Of a stretch of DNA of 64,000 nt, positions 1 through 14,349 are shown piece by piece. The notes under the pieces are model-generated. The model had not been told where the DNA came from and ran no database searches. It saw only the letters and a list, made by a program, of their open reading frames with translations. The position numbers were made by a program, and so were the translations under genes. The DNA is from Octopus sinensis. Taxonomy: Eukaryota. Position 1 is the first letter of the stretch. Every line of letters begins with the position of its first letter. The stretch covers positions 35,278,001 to 35,342,000 of the forward strand of contig NC_043000.1 of NCBI RefSeq assembly GCF_006345805.1, written 5' to 3'.

Positions 1-1779
1 TAACTAATTGTTTTTAACATCAACATTTCCTTTTTAATTAGTTTTCATTTAAAATACTGCACAGCACAGTTGTTCGGCCACATCTTCCAGCCAGCCAGAT
101 TCCCTGTAAACTGTCTGACATTTTAATTAATGCTGCTCTATAATTTACTATTTTTGTCTTCAGTTTGTGAATATCTTCCTCCTCTCTTTTACCTGATTCT
201 ACTTTCTGAATTTAGGTAACTTTATTTTGTGAAACTTTTCACTTTTTAGTAAACTGGTTTAATTCTATCAAATTGACCTTTGTCAATGGTTTATTTAGAA
301 TTAATTCTTATGTTAGGCAAAAACAACATTACCACGGTAACTTTATACAATATTTTCATGATTTATCATCTTTGATCAGTAATTTAGTCTACTAACAGAC
401 TAGTTTGCTCTTTTTATTTTTGTTGAAATTCCTTGTGGCACAGTGAGGGCAAGTCATTTTGGAAAGGAATGCTGATTTTGACGACTGGGTTTGTTGTTGT
501 CTCCTGGTTCTTCATTTCTTATAAGAAAACTCCAGATTATATTGGGTGCAAGTTTCTCATCTGTTAAAGTCTCCAGATTATGAATTTTGTGGTATGACTG
601 GAAGTAAGGGAGGGTTGGGGCAGGTGATGACTGACAGAGCACAAAAAGATATGCAGAATAGTAATAATGATGCAGTCAGGCAAAAGATTAGGGAGGAGAG
701 AAAGAGAGAGAGATGATATGTGGTTGGGTAAGTTGCTGGAATATATGGGCAAAGTGGCAAGCATAGCACATGAAGAAAGTAAAAGATATATGGTGGAGGG
801 GGAGGGAGAGTTAATCTGGTGGCATAGTGGGAGAAGAGTGATCAATGTAAAGTGTGAGTGGAGAGAACAGTATGAATAGACGAAGGATAGATAACAAGTG
901 AAATGGTTCTGGGGTGTCAGAAAAATAAATGTTATGAAGGAAGAGCTGCAGTTAGAGAGATACTGGGTGGTGTGGGTGTTTTGCTGAGAAAATAAATTTT
1001 AAAATCATTCTTTAAATTAACTTGAAAAATAAATTTTACCAAGAAATTGTTTCAAGTTACAGGAGGAGGCAAGCTAGCACTGTTATCCACACCTTCCCAT
1101 TCAGACTAGTTCACATCAGTTAAGCCACAAAAATCATCTGGAGACAAATGGCTGTTGCACTAATTACCTCCACACTGTAAATGTGTCTTCATTAGAAATC
1201 AATTAGCATCAAATCGTAGGAGGTAGGGGTTGAAGTTTAGTTTAACGAGTTCTCTTTAACAAAATAAATACTTGTAGAATAGAATCCAAGTAAAAAATTT
1301 TTTTGGTAAAATGTGAGAATGTTTTGACAACAAGAGCAAAAAAAAAAAGTGTGAATGGCAGCCACAATATGTTTAGTGGGAAATTTTTGACCTATGTAGC
1401 GGCGGTGGAGGTGGTGGTGCAGCTATAGATAATGCTAACCTAATTGTTATGCACTGTTGCTATGAGACATAATCTACAATATAGAAACGTATGACAGGAT
1501 GTCCACCAGTGTTGGGCATCCGGTTCTATTACCAGGTCAATTTCATGTTTTTCTGATGGTTGCTGAAATCGTTTCTCTACATCTCTCTCTCTCTCTCTCT
1601 TTCTCTTCCCACAAACTGAACTTCATCTCCCACTAACCCCCCACCCCTTACCGCTCTCACTCTCACTCCTTTTCTCTCCTTGTTACTCCTGATCTCTTTT
1701 CTTTCGCGCACATGTGCGTGTGCATGTGTGTGTACATACACATGCACACCTAAATATTGTGTGGGCAGATGTGTTTGTA

Positions 1780-2011
1780 TATATATGTGTGCATGTGTGT
1801 GCATGTATGTATGTACATATGTATATCTGTATATATGTATGTATATATATATATATATATATTTATTTCTGTGTGTATATATATACTTGTGTGTGTATAT
1901 GCATGTATATATTTGTGTGTGTGTGTGTAAATATTTTTGTGTGTATATACATATATATGTATGTATATATTTTTGTGTGCCTGTATGTGTGTGTGTGTGT
2001 ATATATATATG

Positions 2012-2109
<98 letters not shown>

Positions 2110-2245
2110 TATTTATTTCTGTGTGTATATATATATGTATATATATATATATTTATTTCTGTGTGTATATATATATGTATATATATGAATATATTTGTGT
2201 GTGCATACATATGTTTGTATATATTTTTGTGTGTGTATACATATA
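1780..2245. repeat. Compound (AT)n/(GT)n microsatellite block
   Basis: Direct inspection. Source of the spurious YI/CV-rich ORFs. Confidence 0.95.
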
Positions 2246-2565
2246 TCATCATCGTTTAATGTCCGCTTTCCATGCTAGCATGGGTTGGACGGTTTGACTG
2301 AGGGCTGGCGAGCCAGAAGGCTGCACCAAGCTCCAATCTGATCTGGCAACGTTTCTACAGCGGGATGCCCTTCTTAGCACCAACCACTCTGAGAATGCAG
2401 TGGGTGCTTTTACGTGCCACCGGCACGAGGGCCAGTCTGGCGGTACTGGCATCAGCCATACTCAAATGGTGCTTTTTACATGCCACCTGCACAGGAGCCA
2501 GTCCGGCAGCCCTGGTAATGATCACGCTTGAATGGTGTTTTTTTACGGGCCACTAGCACAGGAGC
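2246..2565 (-). mobile_element. SINE-like repeat, family A (internal ~60-bp subrepeats, (GAT)n tail)
   Basis: Reverse complement of the copies at 3655, 51307, 52870 and 63200 (ggcacgtaaaaagcacc...ggaagggcatccagctgtagaaac...ccatgctagcatggaaa...gatgatg). Confidence 0.8.
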
Positions 2566-2809
2566 TTGTATGTGTGTGTATCAGTGTGCACCTATATATA
2601 TGTATGCTATCATTCTCATTGATTTAACATCCACTGTTTCATGCTTGCATGGATCAGGCAGAATTCTGTTGTAGCAGAATTCTCTACTGATAAATGCCTT
2701 TCCTGTCACCAACCCTTACCTGTTTGCAAGCAAAATAATATCTTCCCCCATGATGAGATATCATGTGCTATGAAGGAAAGAAGGTAACAACAACTAACGT
2801 ACATATATG

Positions 2810-2950
2810 ACATGCTTCTTTCAGTTTCCATCAACCATATCCACTCAACCTGGTGCTATATTTGACACTTGCCCAAAGTGCCGTGTTGTGAAACTGAACC
2901 CAAAATTATGCGATTTGGAAGCAAGCTTTTTACCACACAACCACGCCTGC
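2810..2950 (-). mobile_element. tRNA-derived SINE, family C
   Basis: tttcagtttcc...acttgcccaa...ctgaacc...accacacaaccacgcctg. Related copies at about 32520-32670, 41170-41308 and 47410-47560. Confidence 0.65.
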
Positions 2951-3009
2951 ACCTCTATGTATATATATTATATATATATATATACATCATCATGATGTAT
3001 ATATATGCA

Positions 3010-3041
<32 letters not shown>

Positions 3042-3264
3042 CATCATCATGATGTATATATATGCATGTATATGTGTATATATATATATATATATAAAAT
3101 TGTGTCTGGTGGAGAGTCATTCTGTTTTGATGCCTTATTGATTGACACACTCACCAGTTGGATTTCCACTCATTTATTTTTTTTTTCTAGGATATTTGTT
3201 GCTTCTTGCAACCTCTTCAGTAGCTTTCGACTCTCTAACCCTAACCCAAAAACGAAATAGCTAT

Positions 3265-3316
3265 CTATCTATCTATGTGTATATATATATATATGTGTGT
3301 ATATATATATATATAC

Positions 3317-3362
<46 letters not shown>

Positions 3363-3515
3363 ATATATATAATATATATATATATATTATATATATATTA
3401 TATATAATATATATAATATATATATATATATATATACATGTGCATGTATATGCAATGTATATATGTATGGTATATATAAGTGTATGTATATATATGTGCA
3501 TGTATATGCAATGTA

Positions 3516-3575
<60 letters not shown>

Positions 3576-3650
3576 TGTATATGCAATGTATGTATGTATA
3601 TGCATGTATAGATAAATATATAAACATATGTAAATATGCATGTGTGTGTA
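3265..3650. repeat. (AT)n-rich microsatellite block
   Basis: Direct inspection. Confidence 0.95.
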
Positions 3651-3654
3651 TGCA

Positions 3655-3890
3655 TGCCAGTGATATGTAAAATGCACCATTTGAGCATGGCTGATGCCAG
3701 TGCTGCCTGACTGGCTCCCATGCCAGTGGCACGTAAAAAGCACCCACTACAATCTTGGAGTGGTTGGCATTAGGCTGTAGAAACACTGCCAGATCAAATT
3801 GCGTCCTGGTGCAGCCTCCTGGCTTCCCAGACCCCACTCGAACTGTCCAATCCATGCCAGCATGGAAAATGGACGTTAAATGATGATGAT
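3655..3890 (+). mobile_element. SINE-like repeat, family A
   Basis: Same motifs as 2246-2565 in the opposite orientation, ending aaatgatgatgat. Confidence 0.8.
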
Positions 3891-3894
3891 AATG

Positions 3895-3895
3895 C

Positions 3896-3967
<72 letters not shown>

Positions 3968-4143
3968 ATACATGCATATGTATATATATGTATGTATATA
4001 TATAATATATATATGTATGTATGTATATATATATATATGTATGTATATATATATATGTATATGTATGTGTATATATGTATGTATATGCATGTGTATATAT
4101 ATATATATATGTATGTATATATATATATATATACATATGTGTG

Positions 4144-4188
<45 letters not shown>

Positions 4189-4216
4189 GGATATATGTAT
4201 ATATATATATTATATA

Positions 4217-4284
<68 letters not shown>

Positions 4285-4298
4285 ATATATATATATAT

Positions 4299-4341
<43 letters not shown>

Positions 4342-4382
4342 TATATATATATTATATGTATATATATATATATATATATTAT

Positions 4383-4422
<40 letters not shown>

Positions 4423-4555
4423 GTGTATATGTATATATATGTGTGTATATTTATATGTATATATGTGTGTATATTTATATGTATATTTATATGTGTATAT
4501 ATGTGTATATAAATGTGCATATATATATATGTATATGTATATGCATATATATGCA

Positions 4556-4599
<44 letters not shown>

Positions 4600-4620
4600 C
4601 ACATGTATGTATATACACCC
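3895..4620. repeat. (AT)n/(ATGT)n microsatellite block
   Basis: Direct inspection. Confidence 0.95.
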
Positions 4621-6242
4621 ATGTACGTACCTTTCCTATTTCCTTTCACTCTGTCTCTGTTATGTTTGCATTATGCATGCACACACACACACGTAATATA
4701 TTACTTTATAGATATATAACCATGTTTATCACCATTGTTATCGTTGGATAAACACTGTGTAAACTAATGAACATTTACCCCACATCATTCTGACTTTCTC
4801 CGTCTTCTTGCAAGGCAATCTGCATGGATCGATCATCGGTAAATATTGTTGACTTCACTTAATCCATAATCTTCAATATTTGCAAGGAAACATGTGTGAC
4901 CAATCACCACAATGTCAGTCTGATATTAAGTCTGCGGCTGTTTTATATTCTCAATTGGCTTATATCCACCACCACTGCCACCACCACCACCACCATCACC
5001 TCTCTCTTCTGCTCTCTGTCTCTTTTCTCTTCTCTTTCTTTCTACTGCTTACGCCCTCCCGCCTCCGTTTTCTCCCCAACTTTTTTTCTATGTGTCAGTG
5101 TTTTATTTCCAATAAATCTACTCTCAAAATATACCCAGGAAATTATAATGGCCAGAAAATGTGGTTCAAATATTATGTAGTTTTGAGTTACAGGTTTTTA
5201 TTTTTATTAGTTTTCAAGAGAGCAATGGAATGTCTCCGCTTGTTATCTTCTCTTACCATCTTTAGAATGGTGTCAAGAGCTATGAGCTGAAGTTGATATT
5301 GTTTAAAACCTTGCTTGAATTTGCAAAGGTTTTGGGTTGAGAGGGACTGGCTGAGAGAGACTTTAATTTTAGGGAGTTAAGATGTGGAGAGTATTCTATG
5401 CTGGGTGTTCAGAATATGATAGAGAAGAAGAGATGAATAGGTACAAGGGAATGTGTTTAAATAAATGTCATTATGTTAAGCAAGATACCATTTGTAACAG
5501 CATGTGGACCCAGCTTCCCTGTGGGTAGGGATTCTTAAATTCTGGTGAATGTTGAAGGGTTGTCTCTCAGCCTAAAAGACTGATGGTGTGCAGAATGAGT
5601 GAACCCTCTTATATTTGTGTGCAATATTTAATATTAGGGTCCTCCATCTTGAAAATGTAACAATTCTGGGACATTGAAGAGTGTTTCATTGGGGTGACTT
5701 TTAAGGGCCACTATCATTGGGATTTACTGAGAGTGTGGTATTTCATTTCTGATAGTATTGAGGGTATCATGTACCTATTCAAATTGGGTTTATGGTCTCC
5801 GATAAGAGTGTGAATATTTGTCAAAAGTTGAGGTACACAGTGCAAAATCTCTCTCTCTCTCTCTCTCACACACACATACTATGAATTCACTTACTACTTT
5901 TAATTGTAAGACTCATCCTTTGGCTGTGTCTGACTTCAGTGGGGTGAAAAAAGAAAAAAGACTGAAACCCTTTTCTGAAAAGATTGATAAGAGTTTTTGT
6001 CCTAAATTGTTAGAAATGTAATGCAGGTGACAAACTGAAAGTTTATCTGAGAAATACAATAGAGCTTCCGTACAGAAATTTCACTCTCAAATATTTGTTT
6101 ATGAAAACACTTTTCTTCATGTTTTACCATTGAGTTTTTCATCACTTTATTTTATATTATAAATACTCCACAGCTACACCAGAAAAAACCCCATTCCTTT
6201 TCCTCTATTCAAATCAGTCAGATTTTTAAATTAAAAACTAAA

Positions 6243-7250
6243 CAGTTTGAAACTTTAGATACTGGTTGAATGTGTCACATAGAACATATTTTGCTCTTAA
6301 TGTTTTTGAGAAAATTTTGTAACTTAGAAGTTATTTCATGTTAAAGTTGTCGCATTTGGGTCATTTTAACCAATCAATGACTTGTATTCAGCTGAAGAAA
6401 GTTACTGCTGTTTGCGAAAGTAATGGAAGAGCAACAACGTCCGGGTCATCTATTTTGGATGCTGCATACATATATGTATGTATATACACAGACACATGTA
6501 TATGTATACACACACACACACATGCGACTTTTAGAATGCTGAGGAAAGGAAAGGGAGGTGGGTGTGAGGAATACATAGCTCTAAGGAGGGAGGGCAGTTG
6601 TGAAGTTGACGACAGTTGTTCATGCAGCGTTTCTGCTGTCCATCACACACACACACACACGCACATACACACACGCATTCATATGTAAAGCTGATAAAAT
6701 CCTGAATGGAAGCAAGGAAAAGGAGAGGGTTTAATAAATTAATATGCAGTGGTAGAGGTGGTGGTGGTAAATTTATATAAGCTGTTGTTCAGATTGTCAA
6801 CACACTGCCACACTCTCCATTCTCTCTCTCTCTCTACAATTTACTGGAAATAGCAGCCAAACTTCTCTCAGTGTCACATGCTAACATTATATAGACAAGT
6901 GGACACATTGGATAAGATGGAAAAAAATACACATGCACACACACATGTATGTATTCGCTATAAAAGAACTTTCTGTTTTTCTCACCCACCTTTCTTATCT
7001 TTCTACTTTTCTTCCACCTCTCTCTCTCTCTTTCATGACCTGATGATCCGGAAGTTGTTGCTCTTCCATTACTTTTGCAAACAGCAGTAACTTTCTTCAG
7101 CTGAATACAAGTCATTGATTGGTTAAAATGACCCAAATACGACAACTTTAACATGAAATAACTTCTAAAATACAAAATTTTGTCCAAAACGTTAAGAGTA
7201 AACCCTGTTCTTATGTGACACATTCAACCAGTACCCAAAGTTTCAAACTG
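6243..7250. mobile_element. Non-autonomous DNA transposon/foldback with ~210-bp terminal inverted repeats
   Basis: 6243-6450 (cagtttgaaacttt...ccgggtcatc) is the reverse complement of 7042-7250 (gatgatccgg...aaagtttcaaactg). The same peptide appears in ORFs on both strands. Confidence 0.8.
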
Positions 7251-7347
7251 TTTTGTTAAAAAAATTTTAATTAAAAAATCTATGACTGAGATTGAAAAGA
7301 TCCAGTAGATTTCTTTTAAACACAAATGTGGCACATTTTGAGGCCCT

Positions 7348-7877
7348 ATAATACCTCCCTTTATGAGGACCTGTTTTATAAGACCTCAAGTTAATGAGTT
7401 GTATTTTTCAAGCACAAGATCCAAATTTTGAACAAAGTGCGAAAGTTTCCACTTCCATAATAAATGCTTCTGTGTGTTTCCGAGAAATTGATAGAGAGCG
7501 AAAAAAAGCTTCTTCTAAGCAAACAACTCTAGACTTGCTTTTGAAAAAGAAATCTACAAGTCTGTCTACAAGTGCTTGTGAATGAGTGATTGCGTCTACG
7601 AGTGGATGGTGTGTGCAAGTGAAAGTGATTCAGAAAACGATTATAATAATATTTTTTTATTATAAATGATCTTGACATTCTTTTTACTTAACACAAAGTA
7701 TTCTTTACAGTCTACTGTTGTCTTATTTATGAGTATTATAAATATAGGTTTTTTTTTTTTTTTCTGGGAACGAATTACAATTTATAACATTACTGCTATG
7801 GGAAATTATTGCTCTGCTTTACAAGTTTTTGCTTTGTGCACTGTCTCCCTGGGACAGATTATTGAGGTATTACTGTA
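7348..7877. mobile_element. Possible pogo/Tigger-like remnant
   Basis: Right end gaggtattactgta (reverse complement TA-CAGTAATACCTC) and a weak left end taatacctc. Internal peptide KQTTLDLLLKKK resembles the pogo C-terminal KQxxL motif. Confidence 0.35.
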
Positions 7878-8477
7878 TTGCCTACATACATAGGCTCGTA
7901 TTACTGCTGTCGCATAAATGTATTCCTGAACTCCATCTAAATACAATTGTTGTTGGAGGTGGTAGTGGGAACCAAGCAACTGATTATTAAAGAATCACTC
8001 ATTAACCCTACAACCAGGTTACTACCCCTCCCCACTTCTAAGCCTACTTAATTCAAATACCTCTTCACCTCCCATCCCCTACATTGTTTGATTCCTCAAA
8101 TCCTCCTCTAAATACTGTCTTGTCCTTCCCATTATTGAATCTCCTGAGGAATATCTCACACCCCACTACCCAACCAACCATTGCTATTGTTTCTTTAACC
8201 GACAAAAGACTGACTAGAAACAACAGTTGCATTGATCCTATCGGGCTAAGAGGAAGGATAATCATGGTCATTAGGTTTGTCCCCTCCTCCCTACTCCACC
8301 TTCTATAAACTCCAAAACAATAGTTTTGTCATTCAGGAAGTTAAAGAAGCAATCTAAAATCTTTGATAATTCAAAAAATATTGAAATAATGATATTTTCA
8401 AAACACATGAGCAATTATTAGTTGATGGCAATGGAGACATCAGAAATAATTAGTTTTAAGTTTTTACAAGTTTATAA

Positions 8478-10060
8478 GTTAGTTAGTTAATTTTTTGGCT
8501 CAAAAAGCAAAAAGCAAGGCCATGTAGGGGGACATGGAGTTATGTACAAGGTGGTGTTCATGTAAAGAGTTCAGGCTACTTGAGGTCAAGGGAGACTTTG
8601 AACAAAGCGGTCGTCGGCATCTTCACCATCTCATCTGGCAGCCTGTTCCACGGATCCGCAACCCGGACAGAGAAAGCCCCTCTCCTTTGATTGAGATGAA
8701 ATCGTCGCAGATAGAGCTTTTCGGAATGACCCCGCAGCCGACGCTCTGGAGCAGGAGTGAAGAACAGCTCTTTCGAGAGGTTACACTTTCCGCTTATGAT
8801 GTTTGAGCGAGAATGAGATCACCACGGCGGTGGCGTTTTTCTAGAGAATAAAGGTCGAGCGTCTTCAGCCTTTCTTCATAAGACAAATTCTTGAGACCAT
8901 GAACCATGCGGGTAACCAGCTCCTGGACTCTTTCGAGATGCTGTATGTCTTTGAGGAGATAAAGAGAAGAGGCTTGAATCCCGTACTCCAATATGGGTCT
9001 CACCAGCATGACATAGAGCGGTAGGAATATGGCTGCTGTGAGCATTCCGAATGACCGTCGAATCAAGAACAGAATTCCACGTGCTTTGTTGGCAGCATGG
9101 ACACACTGGGCCGAAGGCGAAAATGAGGAATCCACCAAGATACCCAGGTCCTTTACCTGATTGGTCCTCTCCAGCAGCAGACGACCTGGCTCGAAATCAA
9201 GTTGAGTTGCAGGAGGAGAGCCAACAGGCAGATGACAGCACTTTGACACGTTCAGACACAGGTCCCATTCGTTAGACCACCTCCAAATTTGGTGGAGGCA
9301 TCGACGAAGATCCTCTATATCACTGCGAGGAGCGACCAGTTTGACATGGTTGGCAAATAGAAGGGTGTGTTGCGTGAGGTCATCGGGCAAGTCATTTATG
9401 AAGACTAAGAACAATAAGGGCCCAAGCACTGAACCTTGAGGCACGCCACTGCTCGCACTGGAGACGAAGATGCGCATCACCAATTCTTCCATTACCAGTA
9501 AGTTGGTCAACCATGATCTCTTCGGCACGAAGCCGTGTTGGGAATCAGAGATAGAGGCTGTGTTTTGGAGGTGGAGCATCATACTTTTCTTAAGGATGGT
9601 TTCGAACATCTTGCTGATTATTGATGTAAGGGAAACCAGTCGGTAGTTAAGCGGGTCTTCGTGGCTCCCTTTCTTGAAAATTGGGCAGATTATCGCTGTT
9701 CTCCAGTCCGCAGGTATAACACCCGTCGCCAATGACATATTGAATAGACATGTTAAGGGCTCGCAGATGACCAGAGCCAATGCTTTGATAACCCTTGGGT
9801 GTATGCCGTCAGGGCCGTGACCCTTGTTGACATCGAGGCCTTAAATAACGCGTTTGACTTCGTCCCGCGTGATGACCAATCAAAGCATTGGAGGTACCGA
9901 TCTATCAAATGGAGGGGGTTCACGACCATCATCTTGTTTGAAAATAGTTGAAAAAGCCTCGGCAAATAATTAACTCTGTTGATAAGGGTCCTCAATCGAT
10001 ATGCCTATTGAGTCTACCAACGTTGCAATTTGGTTGTTCAAGCGGGAATTCCGTTGGACA
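8478..10060 (-). mobile_element. 5'-truncated CR1/L2-group LINE (RT pseudogene with internal deletion)
   Basis: ORF 8794-9780 has WRTAIICPIFKKG, NYRLVSLTS, QHGF, SGVPQGSVLGPLLFLVFINDL, LFANH (degenerate FADD), VKDLGILVD and YEERLKTLDL. The DFxKAFD block is missing. The 3' end carries a (TAAC)n tail near 8478-8490. Confidence 0.9.
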
Positions 10061-10618
10061 TGTGTTTATGTTAGATATAATAAATAATTAAAAGTCAATT
10101 TATTCCATATCAAAGATAGATTTTCCTTCTCTTTACTGTTCCTTATGAGAATATTTTATTTATTCCTGGTTATGTTCTCTGGAATTGTTTGCGAACCTGC
10201 TGTATTGTGTTGTGTTGCTTGCTACATGTCATTTCTATACTTTATTCAACTTTGAGAGGCAAAAAATGTTGCAAACTAAACATGTAGCAAATATGCTTAC
10301 ACATGAATATTTTATGTATATCTGATAATTTATAGAACTTTGTCAACCTTCGACTTTAGTAGTGGTGGTGGTAGTAGTAGTAATAGTGGTAGTGGTTTTC
10401 TACAACTTGGTTCCACCATTAGATTTCTTTTGTTCCTGTCTCAATGTTAGTTGTTCAGTTTTGCCTTTTATATTTATTTTCTTCCTTGTATGTATGTGTG
10501 TGTTTGTTGCCTGCATCTGTGTGTGTGTGTTTGGACAGATTATGTGCGCAAGTATTATATCGTTTGTTTTCTCATATGTATATGTAAACATGTGTATGTT
10601 AATGTGCGTGTGTGTCTG

Positions 10619-10686
<68 letters not shown>

Positions 10687-10717
10687 TAAACCTACTTGGA
10701 AATGGATATATATATAT

Positions 10718-10748
<31 letters not shown>

Positions 10749-11509
10749 GCATTATAAGATAGATAGACAGACAGACAGACAGATATGATGTATATATGCA
10801 TACATATTATGGTTGTGCACACACACCCACACAGGGTCAGAGGGCGAGAGAGTGAGTGAGAGTATCTAGGGAATATTGTTAAGTTACTTGTAGGATATGG
10901 TGTGGGAGCGGGGGAGAGCAAATTGTTGTTTTTAATTTGCAATTAATTGCTGTCTCCCTTCGCCAAGACATCCAGTTATGTCAGCTGAAGTAAAACATTC
11001 TGAGTGAATAAACAGAGCAAAGGAAATGAAGAGAATAAAATCAACAAATTTATCATGGAATATAATGAATCCTGACATTGGCTGCTGTTGTGATCTTTAT
11101 CAAGCTAATATTGATACACAACTTTACTTTGGAATGAAGAATGATTTTATAAAGAACAAACACATATCCGCAAACGGTTAGATTGATATTCATTGTTACA
11201 CTCAAGTATTCTTATTGTTTCATGATTTTATAGCAAATAGACTAAAATCAGAATTATCAAGTCAACACTGTTTTCTTGGTGATTCTGATATAAATATATC
11301 CAAACTATACTAGACCTTTCCTCCTTTATCCAGTTTAGTTGTCAGATAATCTATAGAGATGATACTTGCTCTCTCTCCTCTGCCTCACTGGATAAATTAT
11401 TCTACTCCTTACACATAAATCATTTCTGAAAATGTACTTTTCTGTTGTATATATGAATTAATGTTCATGAAATATATCACAAACAATACATATGTATACC
11501 TATTTTTTT

Positions 11510-11733
11510 ACTACCCACAAGGGGCTAAACACAGAAGGGATAAACAAGGACAGACAAACGGATTAAGTCGATTATATCAACCCCAGAGCATAACTGGTAC
11601 TTGTTTAATCGACCCCAAAAGGATGAAAGGCAAAGTTGACCTCGGCGGAATTTGAACTCAGAACATAGCGTCAGACGAAATACTGTTAAGCATTTCGCCC
11701 AGTGTGCTAATGTTTCTGCCAGCATGCCGCCTT
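11510..11733 (-). mobile_element. tRNA-derived SINE, family B
   Basis: Reverse complement of ggcggtgagctggcaga...ttctgagttcaaattccgccgaggtc...gcctttcatcc...agtaccag. Many copies in the window. Confidence 0.8.
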
Positions 11734-13876
11734 ATACATATTTATACCACCATGAATACAGTGTACACTTGTATATATATTTACCTCTAGACTTAGGGAA
11801 AAGACCTGTTTCACACATAAAACACTGTTATCTGTGTGTGTTGGAAAGGTAAGCCCAATATGTCACCTGGTTTATTACCTCAGGATGTCTTCAGATGGAT
11901 TCAATCAATTGTGACTATTTGGAGCAGGCTTCCAAGAGGAGGATTAAGGGCTGTACTCAGACAGATCTTCTTGCTGTTTCCTCTATTTCCACTTTCTATC
12001 CTTCATTTGGCTAATCTCACTGTCTTGAAGAAATCTATCTACCATTCCCCTCTCTGCTATGATTTTCAGTAAAGTTAATGCATACAATTCCCCACTGGCC
12101 CTTGCACCTTTTCACACACACCACACACATCGAAATTCTTAAATGCAAACCAAACAACCTTCAGCTCTCTCCACCAGTTAATACCCACACCAGTCCATAT
12201 CCCTCATAGACACATTTATACCCCAATTACATGTCATCTTCAAACTCAGTCTTTCTGCATCTACTCTCACTGCACCTATTGTTTCTTTTTCTCTCCTAAC
12301 CGAGGTAACATACCTTACATCCTGCTACCCTACAACCCTATCCCAAACTTTCTTGGACTTCATCTCTCATATCATCTCAGTTCAATTAATTCTGTCGGAT
12401 TTTTGTCAATATCCTTGTGTTTCACTTCCTATCTTTTTTTAAAGTATTCTCCGAGTGAAAGAATATCTCTTCACATGTCTTGCAACCAAAACTTCTAAAC
12501 CCCAATTTCCAAGTGATTTCCCTACACTAGAAATATGAGCAAAGAATTCTGGAGAATTTACTCATCACATTGACATCTGTAGAACTGCTGTCAGACAAAC
12601 TTAGGATACCTTGTTTTTCCAGATTGTCTATTCTAGTTGACCTCTCTGGTCTTTTGCCAAGAGGATCTCTTACCTACTGACTGGAATCTTTCAAATCACC
12701 ACTTCTCAGTCAGCACAGTGCATTTTGGTTTGTAACACACACACACACACGCCTGCCAAAAATATATCTTTAGCTCCATACTTTTGACAGACACAACAAA
12801 ACTCTTTTGCTTTCTGTCCCACCACCACCATATAGTCACCGAGTACAATTATTCCTTTGATTACTGCAGTTTAAAAATCTTACTGCTCCAAATAGTTTCC
12901 TGTACATTACATTCAAAAAATTATGCATCAGACAAAGCTCATATCTTCATTAAATGGCACCTTACCATCATGTCTCCATACAAGAAATCTATTCAAATAA
13001 TTGACAGATCCTTCAGTGTTCTAATAATTCCATGATACTCACCCTTACGTGTGGTGTTGTCTGAAAATAATGAACTTGCTTGCTCTCTTATTGATGTTGT
13101 TGGATACATATTTGGTTAGCAAGTGGGGTCAGTTTTATGGGAATGTGTGAGCCCAAAGTTAAGTCAAGTGCAACATCCAGGAAGTTTGTCTCTTGAGTTA
13201 CCTTAGACTGTTACCTTTCACTGAAAGTTGTTATAATAATCTTTGTCAGTTGTATGTCCAGCTGTAATATTTGAGATCATAAGTCTCTCATCAATGTACA
13301 GCCGTCTGTAATATCGAATGATTTCTCCAGAATCTATAAAACCAGTCTTACTTACTGACTTCTATACCATGGAACTAACTCAGGGTATATAAGCATCTTG
13401 TGAACATTTGTAGAGAGAACACAACATTTAGGAATTGGTTGAAGTTTTGTAACTTCTGTGTTACAGAGAATCTTCCCTTTATCTGTTTCTCTACTTCAAT
13501 CCTTAAAAAAAAACAACAAAGAAAAATAAACTCATTGCAACTTTCCATTTTATGCCAAATTCGTTGTAGAATCACCTGTTCATGATAATTGGCTAAAACT
13601 TGATGACAGCATCAACCTAACATCTTGATTTAGGAATCAAATTCACAACCCATCCATTGTGAACCATACATTCTAACCACTTGCCCACATATCTTCACAG
13701 ATGCACATACACGTGTGAACAAAGCCATGTCTGTAATGTAACATGCATATATGCATTATATAAAAACAAAAATACATTCACATGCTCACACATGTATACA
13801 ACTATACACTCTTGTTCACACATATCTACAAATTTCATCATCATCCTGCTACTGTCTGCTTTTCCATGTCTGTGGC

Positions 13877-13939
<63 letters not shown>

Positions 13940-14160
13940 CGAATTAAAAGCAGCTCTAATAATGTAAACATCGGTTGCGCATACCTGGTGTATGTTATTT
14001 GTTTAGATGTCAGTTTGCTGCAGGACAAACATCCCGGGAAAGCTCCTTACACGACACTGAGTGTTAAAGAGCACTGATGTCCTAGGTAGGTTGAGGCAAC
14101 TCACCTGTGATGATTGAGAAGATAGATATCAATATTTCTGAATCACCAGTCTGGGACATA

Positions 14161-14284
14161 CTAGGAGTGTATGAAAAGTTTTGAGCCTTCAACACCTTTG
14201 AGTCTTGAAGTCTTGTACCTTCATCAGAAGTCTTGTACCATGTTTTGTTTTCTTTGAGGCTCAAGGCTTTTCATACACCCCTCA
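14161..14284. mobile_element. Mariner-type MITE (~124 bp)
   Basis: TA-ctaggagtgtatgaaaagttttgagcct ... aggctcaaggcttttcatacacccctca-TA: imperfect ~28-bp TIRs with TA flanks. Confidence 0.65.
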
Positions 14285-14349
14285 TATATGCAAATAGTGT
14301 GAAGTTTATTTGCTAGTATGCACACATACACACACACACACACTATCGA

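Noticed and set aside
170-222. Pyrimidine tract followed by TAG|GTAACT (recursive splice-site-like)
   Set aside because: Such AGGT motifs are expected by chance in 64 kb of AT-rich DNA, and nothing else supports it.
1577-4751. Many long overlapping YI/CV/HT-rich ORFs
   Set aside because: They are translations of (AT)n/(GT)n microsatellites, which lack stop codons.
4880-5290. ORF with a poly-His tract
   Set aside because: Derived from (CAC)n and CT-rich simple sequence, with no FoxP similarity or convincing splice sites.
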